DNA of 63,873 nt, counting the filler, from Psammoneis japonica (taxonomy: Eukaryota), in NCBI GenBank assembly GCA_008632985.1. It is 4 parts of 3 records of this genome, joined end to end, with 100 filler letters (N's around TTAATTAATTAA, not from the genome) between each part and the next. Parts side by side here need not be neighbours in the genome. Positions count along the whole stretch, not along the records: positions 10,366 to 37,359 come from QPGO01000231.1; 3 more parts are not named here. One strand, written 5' to 3'. A program made the position numbers and the translations under genes. The notes under the pieces were generated by a model, which worked only from the letters and a program-made list of their open reading frames with translations, ran no database searches and was not told the DNA's origin. This document shows, in pieces, positions 22,801 to 35,819 of the stretch (position 1 is the first letter of the stretch; the number at the start of each line of letters is the position of its first letter).

Positions 22801-25094
22801 TTCAATCCTCAAATGCCTTCCATCAAGTGCTCAATGGCTCATCTGTTCACTCGTGACATGTGCTTTTAACAAGTCTGCAAAGCTGGAACAAGACCAGGAG
22901 GTGTTGTGTTGATCATGGTGGAGGGTTGCATGTGTGATGAACATGAGTGGTGGTGTCTTGTGTCTAAAAAATGAGTCTGAGGACACCAAAGAGGACAGAG
23001 GAGTCCACTGCACAATGCAAACTCATTGGGCATTGCACAACAATTTAGAAAAGGAACCAAGTGTCAGATGACACATTGTCACCACTGCAGCACTTCCAAA
23101 AACAAATTTGAGATTGACGCGCACAATTGAGGATGAAAAAGTCAAGTCAGCTTCCAGCTTCCAGAACTTGTGTCAAATCCTAAATGCCAGCATGCCATTG
23201 CAGCTGCAATGGCCATGATTGCAATGCATGCACCAGTTGTGTGGCAACTTGTGACACCCACCACCATTGCATCTCCCATTGTGAGTGCCTTTTTGCATCT
23301 CTGTATGCTCTTGTTAGAGCCATGGCATTGGGAGCAAACAGTGCCTCAAAAAAGAAACTTGTTGCTTCACAAACATGTGGCACTTGTCTGCACATCATTT
23401 TCTGGGCCAGTTGAAACAGGAGAGTGTGCACCTGGTGGTGCTGTGCAGCAATTGCATTGGTCATGCACACTCAGAAAATGTTTCACTCCACACAAGACAG
23501 CTGTGCATGCCCACACCTTTTGGTGTGGTGACTTTGTGGAAAATCTTGCAGAGGCTCAACCATTGTTGAGACATGGGACACAATGAACACTGATGTCATG
23601 CCCACAATCCTGAAATGAAACAGATGTGAGTGAAGCAATGAAGCCATGATGTGCATTGCCAGCACAGCGGGGGGGGCTTGAGGCACATGTGGGCACCCAT
23701 TTTGTGCACATTGTCCAAACCACCTCAACACAGTGCTTTCTTTTTCATTGAGAGTTAAAAAGCACTTGTGCAAGTCCAGTCTGGTCATTTGACAAACAAC
23801 CCAGGTTCTGTGGGATGCCAGCACACTGCACAAGGAGCAGCTGGAGGCAGCCAGGGCAAAGCTTGTGAGAACACCAGCAGTTGTGCAAGTTTGCTGGTGC
23901 AAATTTTGGGCAGTCACATTCCTTGCAACTCTGGCAATGTGTCTGAGCATGCCTGCAGCCATGCTGCTGATGCCCCAGCACACCAGTTGTTGCTGGCACA
24001 AAGAAGCAGTTCTGCCCAAGTGTCACACACTGCTTGCTGCTGGAGCAACTGCCCTCTTGTTGCTGGGTCCAGTTCCCCCCAAACTTGTTGCTGACATGCT
24101 GCTGGCAATGCACGCTCATCTGTTTTGTGTCATCCCTGGCTTTCCCTGCTGCCAGCAACAACCCCAGTGATGCATGGTTCCTGATTCCTGTCATCATCAC
24201 TCTGTCACCATGCAAATTGCCTGATGTTGTCACTGCTGTTTTCAACCAAATGCTGCAAAGATGTTGCTCCCCCCCCTTTGTTTCTTCCTCCTGTGTGTGT
24301 GTTTGTGTCTTTTTGAGGTGTCAGCCTGACAATTCAAGACAATTGGGGCCACTGGAGAGACAGTTTGGTGGGTCAAATGATTGCTCAGTGAAAGTTGTGA
24401 CTGTTTTGTTCCAGATGCATTTGGAACATCTTGCTCACAAATGCTTGCAACAAGAAGTGTTCCATGGGAAACTGGCTCCAAAACAAAAAACAAAAAAAGT
24501 CTTGCACAATTGTGCAGAAACAAGTCCCACACAATGGTCTTGCTTCAGATGGACTCAGCTCTTAGACAGGTCTCATCAGTCTTGCACAAAACAACAATTC
24601 TGAACTCATCTGCTGAGTTTTGGCAAGTGTGAAAATGTTGGAGACAGTGCAGCAACATCAACATGTCTGCAATGATTTTGTGACATCACAGAAAGGCTAA
24701 AGATGCAGCAGGAGCATTTTTCTCCTGTTGATTGTGTGGGCCTTTTCATGATGCCGGGAGCCAGAAAGGGGATCTGGAATGAAGCAAATTTAAGCTGAAA
24801 GCGCATCTTTTGATTTTTCACACACATGTTGCATTGTGCAAACATCCACAAGAGAGGAGTGAGTTTTCACCATGACCATCTATGTCCAGCATGTCATCAT
24901 CTTGCTCCACCAGATTGACTGCCTCCAGTCAAGTGCAGAGAAAGGAAACAATGAAGTTTTTGGTTCCAGCATGAAAGGTCCAGTCCATCGAAGATGACTG
25001 GGGTCGCAGATTCAACGACGAAGTTGTGCTGTAGATTTTTAGTCGATGGAGTCAACTATTAATAGGTGCTGAGCTGTTCGCAGAAACAAACACC

Positions 25095-26890
25095 ATGGCC
25101 AAGTACAAGCGCCGCTATCCCCAAAAGAAGCAGGGCGATGAGAGACATGTTGTAAAATGAGAGCAGGAGATTGAGAGTCTTCAACAGCGGGTTGCTGCAG
25201 AAGCTCCTGGTCGAGGATACTCCTACGCTTGGTCAGCACGTTTCGTTTCGAGCTTTGCCCTTCGTCAGAAGCAACGTTGCGTGGATTGGATGGAGCTAAC
25301 TTTGTCACCATGACTGAAATACAAAACGCTTGTATCCCTCACGATCTATGTGGAAGAGACATTTTGGGTGCAGCCCGAGTGAACGACAAACTTTGTTTGT
25401 TTTCTGCAACGCAGACTAAACGAGTTTCTGATTTGGCTGCGTTGTCGCTGAAAAAGCCCGAATACCTTGGTGTACATGATAAGGAATCAACATCTTTTCC
25501 ATCCAATCCGGTTCAGTCTGCTGTTGTGGTCCCTCTCGAGCACAAGCTCAACATGGTGTATTCCTTTATCAAGTCACATCTCAAATCAAAATCGATTATA
25601 TTCTTGGCGTCATGTTCCCAAGTACGCTTTGCGTGGCAGCTCTCTTGTGCGCTTCAACCCACCCGGAATTCCCGTCATGGCATTGCACGGCAAGCTGGTA
25701 CAAACCAAACGAACCTCTATTTATTTTGTCTTTGTCCATCGACCCAACGCCGTCTTGTTTGCGACAGACGTTGTGGCACGTGGGTTGGACTTTGCAAGTG
25801 TCGATGATTCGGTCGTTCAAGTGGGTGCTCCTGAAGACCAAGATATGTATATCCATCGTGTGATACGAACGACACGGTACAATCTTGGTGGAAAGTCGTT
25901 AATATGTGTCACGCCACAGGAAGAAGCCGGCATAATGGAATTGATGAGCAAGTCTCGCGTGCCGTTGAAAAAGATGGCCATGAACCCAACCAAGACGGTT
26001 CTTGTTACCCAACGTGCAGCCTCGCTTGTCGCGTCAAATCCTAAACTACAATCGCTCGCCAAAAAGGCGTTTCATTCCTATCTACGATCGATTCATTTAA
26101 CGCCAAACAAGGATATCTTCAAGTTGGATTACTTGGCCGTAGACGAGTTTGCCACTTCTCTGGGACTGCCCTTCACTCCCAACCTTCGCTTTCTACAAAT
26201 AATCAAGGATCGAACGCAGGTGCGCAAATCCAAAAAACGTCAATCACAAGCTACAAAAGCTTAAGGAGCAAATCAAGGCGGAAAAGTTGACGAAAAAGAT
26301 TGCTGAACTCGACAACAAGAAGCGTCCGCTGGAAAGTACAAACGTGGAGGAGAAAGAAGTGGACGAATTGTTGGTTTTAAAGCAACGGCACGAGTAGAGC
26401 CAGGAGGATGTAGACGCACCGAGGGTGGCATTCATGAGGTTACCAAAACTCGAAAGGCAAAGAGAATCAAGGTCGAGGGAGGCTTAGATGCCAAGAATAA
26501 ACGAATCGTCTTTGATGACGAAGGGCGGGAACAGGATCCTACCATGCTTTCTTTGAAAAATAACGACACTATGCATGAGGAACGGGACTCGTTGGCGGAT
26601 GCAAATCAATCCTATGTCGACAAGGTGCGTCAGCGGTTGGAGGATGGCATGAAACAGGATCGTGAACAGGAAAAGGAGCGAGTATGGGAAATGCACAAAC
26701 GGAAACGAATCAAAGCAAAGGGTGCATTGGATGAGCAGCAGCAGGATACTGGCATGATGGTGACTTGGTGGACATAGTGATGACGAGGTATCTTCTAGTA
26801 GTAGCAGCAGCCGCAGCGACGAAGAGAGCGATTCAGGATCGTCTTCATCATCATCAAGTAGTGATGACAAGGATACAGGCAGCGAGCTAC
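25095..26890 (+). pseudogene. DBP4: DEAD-box helicase DBP4/DDX10 pseudogene, copy 1
   Basis: ATG at 25095; Q-motif MTEIQ..IP..L.GRDILGAA jumps straight to LFSATQTK; HGKL, FATDVVARGLDF, YIHRV and a DBP4-type C-terminus follow; internal stops and frameshifts. Confidence 0.88.
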
Positions 26891-28187
26891 TCTGATATAC
26901 GGCGCTATTACTCGTGGCAGCGCCTCTAAAGCAACGTTCAATAGTACCAGGTAGGGCGTCGTCTTGAACTGCTTTATCGTCCCTTGAGATTGACGCATGA
27001 GGGCGTCCTGAGACATCTCTAGATAGTCCATGCGCATGCTCTCTGGAAAGACACAAAGAGCAGAAAACAACTACGAGTACAAGCATTCCATACCATGTAG
27101 GCGATTGCAACTGCAAACGATTCAAGAACATTAGCTACAAGCATCCACTCAAGGACGTCCCCTCTCGAAGCGACTTTTGAAGAAGAGCGTCACCATTGGC
27201 GTTTTTTGCGCTTCTGGTTGATAACACAAAAGATGCTACCGCCGTCAGTCCAAAAAGAAAAAAGACCTTTCAATAAAATAGGTTTGCACCGTACCGTACT
27301 GTCCACGGCCAATGGTGCTTTTTCAGTCTCAAAAGGGATTCATCGAGTCCGACAAGATCGAACGGCAAGCATTGCGATGGACGATACTTACAAGACAAAG
27401 TCGATGCTCGAAGGACATCGTATCGATGCTTGAAGAACTACACACTGAGTTAACAAAGCCTACGTTGCGATTGTAGAAGGTATGAGCTTTACGCATGTGC
27501 ATTTGAACGTGCGGCTTCAAAACTCTCCGTACGCCTACCGAATTTGCTAACACAACCATACTATTTTTTTGTTTCTTTGAAACCCCACAGAAATCTTTCC
27601 GACTAGTAAAGGTATTAAAATCATCAAGTACTCCATTGCAGAAACAAGTCTGGATCCGTCCACGGTGCAAGCAACACACTGACTGTCCACGGCCAATCTT
27701 GCTTTTTCAGTCCCAAGAAGGAATCATTGAATCAGGCATTGAGCTTTCCATCGCCATAAAGCTGAATCCAAAATGTTGAATATGCAGGTGCGTGCTGTGC
27801 GTTATATGTGCCGAACTGCAGGCGCCACGAAGATTCTGTTGGATAGAATATCGCTGCTCACCCGAAACTTACCGATCGATACGATCACAAAAGCAACTGC
27901 ACCATGCATATTCATACACACGGATCCAGAGTATGGTCAGAAAAGCCGCTGCCAGACTCAATTCTTCCATTCGGGAACTTGTAAAGCAAGCAAAGGCAAG
28001 TGTGAGTGTTACTACCTGCAGTCCTTTCCGAACCCAGTCTTCTTCCCGCCTCGCCATTTCCCCGATTCTTTTTCTCTCTTCTACAAATGCTCCACTCCTT
28101 GTCTCTAACTCCAGCTCCTTTCTCGCTATCTCTAATTCCCGCTCTTCTCTCTTCCCGTGTTTTTCTTCTTTCCCGCATGCACTCGAA

Positions 28188-30010
28188 CTACCCAACGGCG
28201 TCATGTCGCCGGTTCAAGATTCTAGCGGACCTTCGAACAGTTCTCCCATCGGCAGAGAGGACATACACGCTTCCCAAAGCTGCTCTAAGCCGAGCAGACC
28301 GCCTTGGAATGATTGAATCCGTAATGAGGGATGTAGGTGCTTGAACGTGTTGACCTTCTGCCTGTTCCGTCTCCACCAACAACTCGTCTCCACCATGCTG
28401 GTCTGGAAGGTTCTCATTGCCTTCGTCGGCAGGGATCTCTTGTGCCGAAGGTACCACCACTGCTGACGCCGTCTCGTGGATAGGATCGTCGCTGTCAGAA
28501 GCACGGTGATCCGTAATGAGGGATTCCCGCACTTCGACACGCCCTTCTTCTTCTCGATCTTCTCCCAAGACTTCAGGCAAGCCATTGTGTTGATTTGGAA
28601 CAGAAGCCTCATCGTCGGACGGAACCTCGCACGCTGAAGGCACCGCCATTGCTGATGCCATATTGTGGAAGGGACCATCCTTGTCCGAAGCAGGCAAGTG
28701 AGACCCTTCCAATTGTTGTTCACCAATCAACACTTCGTGCAAGTCATTGTGATGATCTGGACCAAACGCATCGAAATCGGAAGGGTCATCTTGCACCGTA
28801 CTCGCCGCTGCAGGAACCGTCACCTCTTGGACGTGATCATCATCTAAAAGAATCGCATCGAGAGGATTCTCTGCCGCAGCAGATGCAATGGAAGATGTCT
28901 CGTGTTGACTCGATGTATCAGGTGCAAGCTGTGATTGTAGAGAGTAAAGTAGAAGTAGAAATAGGTTTTAGTCAATTGTCAACGAAAAGGAGCGATAATA
29001 CAAACGACAAAATGACTTACACTCTGACTGCTCTCCTCAGGACTAGCGCTGAGTCTACCGGTAATGCCACCGCATACATCATCTTGATCACGTGTGATAA
29101 TGCGTCGTTTCCGAGAACCCAATGCTCTGCGCTGATACTTCCTTTTGTCGCCGGAGAAGGTGTCCATGAAACGTTCATTCGATGATTCTTGAACAGACAG
29201 CTTCTCCATAACGTACAATGAATGGTCAGGCTTGGAGTGCTCATCCATACGGCGTTTCCTCGGGGCACGGATAGTCTTTGGGTGGAGGTCTCGACGCGTG
29301 CGAGGAAAGCAAGTGTCGTTCACACATGAACAAGGCTTTGGACGTCCCCAGCCGAATGCCAGATGGTTGTTTCCATTGTCACTGCTCTCCTTGTGAATGG
29401 AACCAACAAGAACGCTGTCACCAACTTGCTTGTAGGAAGTCCGACGACGTTTGCGTGAACCAAGTTCCGTACTGCATGTGTGCCGAAACCACCTCTTGTG
29501 ACCACAACTCGGATCGACAAACAAGCATTCGCTCGAAGACTGGCCAGCAATCTGTTGCACAACACTTGCAAAGTGATCGTGCTGGGAGCTCTCATTATTA
29601 CATCGGAGTAGCGATGACTCGTCTGAACCCAAGTATATCGGTGACCAATCTGAAAGCTCCGGCTGAACTTCCAGACGAGATGGTTTCGAAATGCCTTGTC
29701 GTGATTCCTGCTCGGATGTTGTTGAGGATGCATTGATGCCCGTCGATTCGTCCAGCAAGTACACGTTGGAGGTATCGTGTTTGCTTGGAATGACGCTCAA
29801 CTGAACCGATGACTGCCATTGGAGACGTTTCGAAGGACGTCCGCTTGTCGAAAGCTTCATGTCGCGGGAAACCTCGTCTTCGGTCAACAGCCTGCTGCGT
29901 TTGTCGCCGACGCTCATGCGAGCCCGCCCCATGCTCTCCATTGGAACGGTACGGGAAGAAAGGTTGTATCTCATTGTTTGTTTGGACATTGTGGATGTGC
30001 TTGAAAGCAT
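28188..30010 (-). CDS. Two-exon hypothetical protein (about 576 aa) with acidic region and C-terminal double RRSAR motif
   Basis: Exon 1 30010-29021 and exon 2 28928-28188 are joined in phase 0 by a 92-bp GTAAGT...TGACTAA...CACAG intron, which links ORFs 28979-30142 and 28188-28823. Confidence 0.72.
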
Positions 30011-31261
30011 CGTGAGATTGTGTGGTTTTTGCGTGAAGAAGAGATCATCATCTTGTTTGAAACACGAGTGGGTTTGATTTTTTGTGACATCAGGTTCATC
30101 GTAGAAATATACGAGAATATCATACCACAGAACTGTTTCCAAAATGTCCGATCGCCAAAAACAACATCAAGTTTAAAATATACTGGTATACGTGACTTTA
30201 GGAGACATTTTGAGAAACAGCTAGCCGGCCCGCGCGCCCGGAGAAATTCGGGAGGTCTGTCAGTGGTACGGAAGAGGAAAACGAAAAATTAAAAATTCCA
30301 CGCAGAATTTGCGTAGCCACCATGGCGAATTTGCGTCGCGTCCACCGTCGTTGCCACCGTTTTTCACAAGGTGAGTCACTCGTGATGTTGTCGTCATTTA
30401 TCTTTAGCACCATTGCGTGTTGGATCGATTTTGACAAGTGCCACTCCACGCAAGCAAATCGGTTTCGACTCCTTCGGGGTGGTGTGTGAGTCTGTGAGTC
30501 TGCTGCTGTTGTCGTCGTTCCGGTATGTTTCGTCGAGTTTGTTATTATTTCCCTCCTCTCATCCCTTTACCTGTGCCTCATTCGTTTCATAATAAATATA
30601 GATAAAAGGCGCTGATGTGTGGGGCACCTTTGGAGTGTTTGAGACGAGCTCTGGACGTCGCGGCTCGTGGTTGGTGTGTTTCCAAAAGACGTTAGCGGTC
30701 CGGCACTTATTCTGTTTCTTTCGGGATACTGATATTGTTCAACGTGCAACTTTTGCAAACCACCAAGATCCAAGCATTGCAACTCATGCAATGTCTGTGT
30801 TTATAATTTGATCAGTACGTATATCTTATCGTTGGGGTCTGGCTTTTGCAAATTGAAAATGATAATATCTAACATCTCTATGCATTTCACTCAGTCGTTT
30901 TGCAAAGCGAAAGATTATTTGTTACTTTGAGCGCTTCTCCTTGTGCCCACCATGCATTTCTATGTGTTTTCTCTCAAACTCTTTGTAAAATTACTGAAAT
31001 AACGAATCTGATCCGTACAGGTAAGACGGATCTCTCAAAGCCTTCCAGTTGTGATGGTAGAATCCATTAGATGGAGAGTTGTCCTGGCCCGCGACGCCGA
31101 AGAAATCAGGATCTGCTGCAACGCAATCCCAGTAATCGTTGAGACCCTTTTGCGTCCACGGTATGGGCATGGGGGAAGCGGAATGATCATGTACATGGAC
31201 GGTACGTTGTCTGGATGATGTTTTCGTCAGCACATCTTGTTTCTCTAGAAACTTATTATAA

Positions 31262-32871
31262 GCACCGCTATCCCCAAAAGAAGCGGGGCGATGAGAAACA
31301 TGATGTATAATCTGCCGAGCGAACGACAAACTTTGTTGTTTTCTGCAACGCAGACGAAACGAGTTTCTGATTTGGCTGCCTTGTCGTTGAAAACGCCTAA
31401 ATACCTTGGTGTACACTACAAGGAGTCAACATCTACTCCATCCAATCTGGTTCAGTCTTTCGTTGTGGTTCTCCTCGAGCACAAGCTCAACATGGTGTAT
31501 TCCTTTATCAAGTCACATCTCAAGTCAAAAAAAAAAATCGATTATATTCTTGGCGTCATGTTCCCAAGTACGCTTTGCGTGATAGCTCTTTTGTGTGCTT
31601 CATCCCGGTACTCCCGTCATGGCGTTGCATGGCAAGCTGGTGCAAACCAAACGAACCTCTATTTATTTTGACTTTGTACATCGACCAAACGCCGTCTTAA
31701 TTGCCACAGATGTCGTGGCGCGCGGGCTACCGGTAGACTTTGTAAGCGTCGATTGGGTGGTTCAAGTGGATGCGCCCAAAGAACAAGACATGTATATTCA
31801 ACGTGTCGGACGAACAACACGGTACAATTGTGGTGGAAAGTCGTTGTTGCGTGTCACGCCACAGGAATAAGCCGGCATCTTGGAATTGCTGAGCAAGTCT
31901 CTCGTGCCGTTGAAAAGCTGGCCATGAACCCATCCAAGACGGTTCTTTTTACCCAACATGCAGCCTCGCTTGTCGCGTCGAATCCTAAGCCACAATCGCT
32001 CGCCAAAAATGCATTTCAGTCTTATCAACGATCGATTCATATAATGCCAAACAAGGACATCTTCAAGGTGAATGACTTGACCGTGGACGAGTTTGCCCCT
32101 TCTCTGGGACTACGCTTTGAAATCAAGGATCGAACGCAAGTGCGCTAATCCAAAAACGTCGATCACAAGCTTCAAAAGCTCAAAGAGCGAGCCAAGGCGG
32201 AAAAGTTGGCGAAAAAGATTGCTAAGCTCCACTACAAGAAGCGTCCGCTGGAAAGCACAAACAAGGAGGAAAAAGAAGAGGACGACCTGTTGGTTGTAAA
32301 GCAACGGCACGAGTGGAGCCATGAGGATGTACCGGTAGACGCAACCGAGGGTGGCATTCATGAAGTTAACAAATCTCGAAAGGCCACGAGAATCAAGGTC
32401 GATGGAGGCTCAGATATCAAGAATACTCGAATCGTCTTTGATGACGATGGGCAGGAACAGGATCCTACCATGCTTTCTTTGAAAAATACGGACACTATGC
32501 ATGAGGAACGGGACTCATTGGCGGATGCTTATGTCGACAAGGTGCGTCAGCGGTTGGAGGATAATATGAAGCAGGATCGTCGACAGGAAAACGAGCGAGT
32601 ACGGGAAATGCACCAACAGAAACGAATCAAAGCAAAGGGTGCTTTGGATGAGCAGCAGCAGGATACTGGCATGATGGTGACTCTTGGTGGACATAGTGAC
32701 GACGAGGTGTCTTCTACTTCTAGTAGTAGCAGCAGCAGCAGCAGCGACGAAGAGAGCGATTCAGAATCGTCGTCGTCGTCATCAAGTAGCGGTGACCAGG
32801 ATACTGGCGGCAGCATTGACATCAAGGTGCAAGAAGACATGGCTCTGGCCATGATTCGAAAAGGCTTGTAG
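31262..32871 (+). pseudogene. DBP4: DEAD-box helicase DBP4/DDX10 pseudogene, copy 2
   Basis: Close nucleotide match to 25110-26890; larger internal deletion; frameshift at an A run near 31526; intact C-terminal tail ending EDMALAMIRKGL. Confidence 0.88.
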
Positions 32872-33660
32872 CTACCGTGTTGGACCTATGAGAACGCGGA
32901 AAAACGTCTGATTTCCTTCGTGTAGACCTAGTAATTCTTCATGGCAACTTATAGACATACTTCGTACGCAAGCTTTACACAATATCTGACTACACAGGAC
33001 GGGAATACCAAATAAAAGTACCACTACACAGTTAAACCCAGGCCCTACTAATTATTACTAGACGCCACGGAATACGTAACAACAATGGAGCCGCTATCCT
33101 TGGCGTCCGATTCCGTTTTGTCACTACCTACCTTATTTTAATTCGTATTTCTCAGCATCCGACATTCAAAGTTATAGGTTTGGTCCATTGACCTCCACGG
33201 GTCTCGAGCCGATACGAACAGAGTATTCTTTATGTTGAAAGACCAATCATGCCTGGTACACATTTTGTTTGAAAAAACGTAAGTTGCGGGGCGGGACCCA
33301 CGGTTACTTGAACCTTAGTATTTCAACAAAGACTGTCTGTCGTATCGTTTCAAGTCGAGTGGTCGAACCGGGTAAAGGGTGTATTTCTATGTTGTGAAAT
33401 GAAAACAAAAAGCAAGGTTAGAAAACAAGTCTCAATGGAAAATGGAGAGGAGGCACGAACTTTACTTACATTGGGGGTGCATTCGAATGTAACGTGATAT
33501 AACGAGTGCACCCCATGGTTTTATGAATTGCACGACAAACTCGTGCAATGATGGCGAGTCTTTGATGCGCATAAAAGTTGTATTGTACCGTGAAATGGAA
33601 TCAAGAGATGCCCCCATGCATGCTCGATTTCCAAGGATACAAAAGAAGCAGATAATGAGT

Positions 33661-35507
33661 CTAGCGGCGACTCATGATCCTTGCGGATCTACGCACGACA
33701 CGCCCAGTATTAGACGAAAGAAAGACACTGCCAGCGGCTTGACGGAGCCTAGGCGAGCGTCTCAATTGGCCAGTGTGGGCTTGCTTTTCCTTGTTTCTCA
33801 CAAGTACAGCATCAGGAACAGCATCCTCCTCTGCCACTGGATTGTTGTCGGCAGCCATATCGTGAACGTCGAAAGTATCGTCAGGCTCTTCGGCTACAGC
33901 TCCAAGAACAACTTCCTCGTCGTGTACAGCAATCACGGGATCGTCCGTAGCGTCAGCAACAGCAGGTTCCTCAACGTCAGCAACGGGAACGCCCACCTCC
34001 GCATCGACTGGAGCATCGTCAATAGCCACAGCAGGATGGTCCACGGCTTCAACGACAGGTTCCTCTACTACAGCAACAGTAACGCCCACCTCCGCATCGT
34101 CTGGTGCGTCGTCAACAGTCGCAGCAGGCTCGTTCAAGGCTTCCCAAGGCTCTTCAACAACATCAGGAACTGCTTCCTCCACAGCATTTAGATTGTTGTC
34201 CGTATCCTCAGCCGGTTCCATATCCAAAATATCCGAGGCATCGTCAGCAATGGGGCTGTTGTCCGTAGCATCAGCGGGTCCAATGGCAGCTAGAGTCCGC
34301 ACCCAGCCACACCAGTGATCACACGAAAGATCAGAGTCCCAGTAATGAATACTTTCTTCTTGACCCGCATCAAATTAAGCATTGCCACAGCCAACTGCTC
34401 ATCATTCAATACGGGTATCACACGGGTGTAACGTGCACGTCGAAGAACGCGTTTGGCAGGCACACGGGTTGGGACTGGAGGAATGTCACCAACGTGATAA
34501 TCTTGAGTCATCACTCGGTCGGGTTTCCACCTGACATGCCTTTCTACTGGATCAGCAAGAGCCTCGGCCGGTTCCATGGCCGCTGGAGTCCGCACCCAGC
34601 CACGCCAGTGATCATACCTTGGATCCGTACGATGCTCACGAATGTATCGGTCTTGCTTCCAGTCAAACTCAAGCAGCGCAGCAACCAATTGCTGATCATT
34701 CAGGACAGGAATGACACGGGTGTATCGAGGGATCCGAAGACATCGTGGAGCGGCCACGCCGGTAGGAACTGGAGGAGCATCAGCAATGGGTTCGTCAACC
34801 GCTGCAACAACCTTGGCCGTTTCAATTGCTGCTGGAGTCCGCACCCAGCCACGCCAGTGATCGTACCTTGGATCCGTTTGATACTCACGAATGTATCGGT
34901 CTTGCTTCCAGTCAAACTCAAGCAGCACAGCAGCCAATTGCTGATCATTCAAGAGGGGAATGACACGGGTGTATCGAGGTATCCGAAGACTTCGTGGAGC
35001 GGCCACGCCGGTTGGGACTGGAGGAGCGTCGCCAACGCCATGGTGTTGAAGCATTATCGGGTCAGGTTTCCAACTGACACGTCCGCGACCAAACAATTTA
35101 TGCTTCAACAACAGCAGCCAAGGGGATACAAACCGCAAGGGAACATATATGGCATAATACATGGTCCATACAACCACAGCAACCGCGAGAGCAGCCGCAA
35201 CAGCATCGCACGCTCGATCCCAAAGAAGAGTGGTAAGGTCGTCGATTTCCATAATCCGGTAGTACAAGAAATCGACCTTATCACCAATCAACTTCAACGA
35301 GGAGTGTATGAATAATCCAGCATACAAGGCGAGGAGAACTTGCCAGATCGCAACGACAAAGGACACGACAGCGTGAATCGTGTAGCGAAATTTGTCCCAC
35401 ACTTCCGAAAGGAAACCGCCAACGATTCGGCCGTGGTTCTGCTTACCGTGAAATAGGCGTAGCAGGAGGTTGATAAATTGAATGAGTAGTGCAATGTATG
35501 CAATCAT
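33661..35507 (-). pseudogene. Membrane-anchored repeat protein with acidic linker and C-terminal double RRSxR motif; one frameshift
   Basis: ORFs 34290-35507 and 33661-34302 join if 1 nt is restored near 34377 (ctt aa ttt gat versus repeat consensus ctt gag ttt gac); three PPVPT...RYTRVIP.LND.QL...DHW.GWVRT repeats. Confidence 0.65.
34582..35032. repeat. Near-identical coding duplication, 249-bp period
   Basis: gctggagtccgcacccagccacgccagtgatc starts at 34582 and 34831; a diverged third unit lies at about 34293-34535. Confidence 0.9.
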
Positions 35508-35819
35508 AATGGGGGTAGTAGTATCAATAAAGATAGATTGGTATCAGAGTGTTTCAATGCAAGCAAAACTTGAAATTGTGTGGTGAGCGTGACGACGGTC
35601 GCTCGTTGTTGCGGCTGGCCCATTCGTGAATGCGTAGAAACTGTACCAGAGAAGCCCGTAGAAAATCCGACGGAGTCCCGCTACGATTTTCGATTTTCGC
35701 TCGATGCGATGTGGGCACGTTTGCATTCGGTTAGTCGTAGGCTCAAGTAGAAACAATCAGTGGCCGAGACGGAAGTTGGCTTTCGTTCGTAATGAATGTT
35801 ATCTACTTATCGCTATTCT

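Noticed and set aside
27869..28204. Glu/Arg-rich ORF downstream of the RRSAR gene
   Set aside because: Low complexity, overlaps the neighbouring stop region, no recognisable motif.
30991..31260. Protein-like C-terminal fragment (PWTQKGLNDYWDC...GFYHHNW)
   Set aside because: May be a captured gene fragment, but I cannot assign a family and its 5' part is antisense DBP4.
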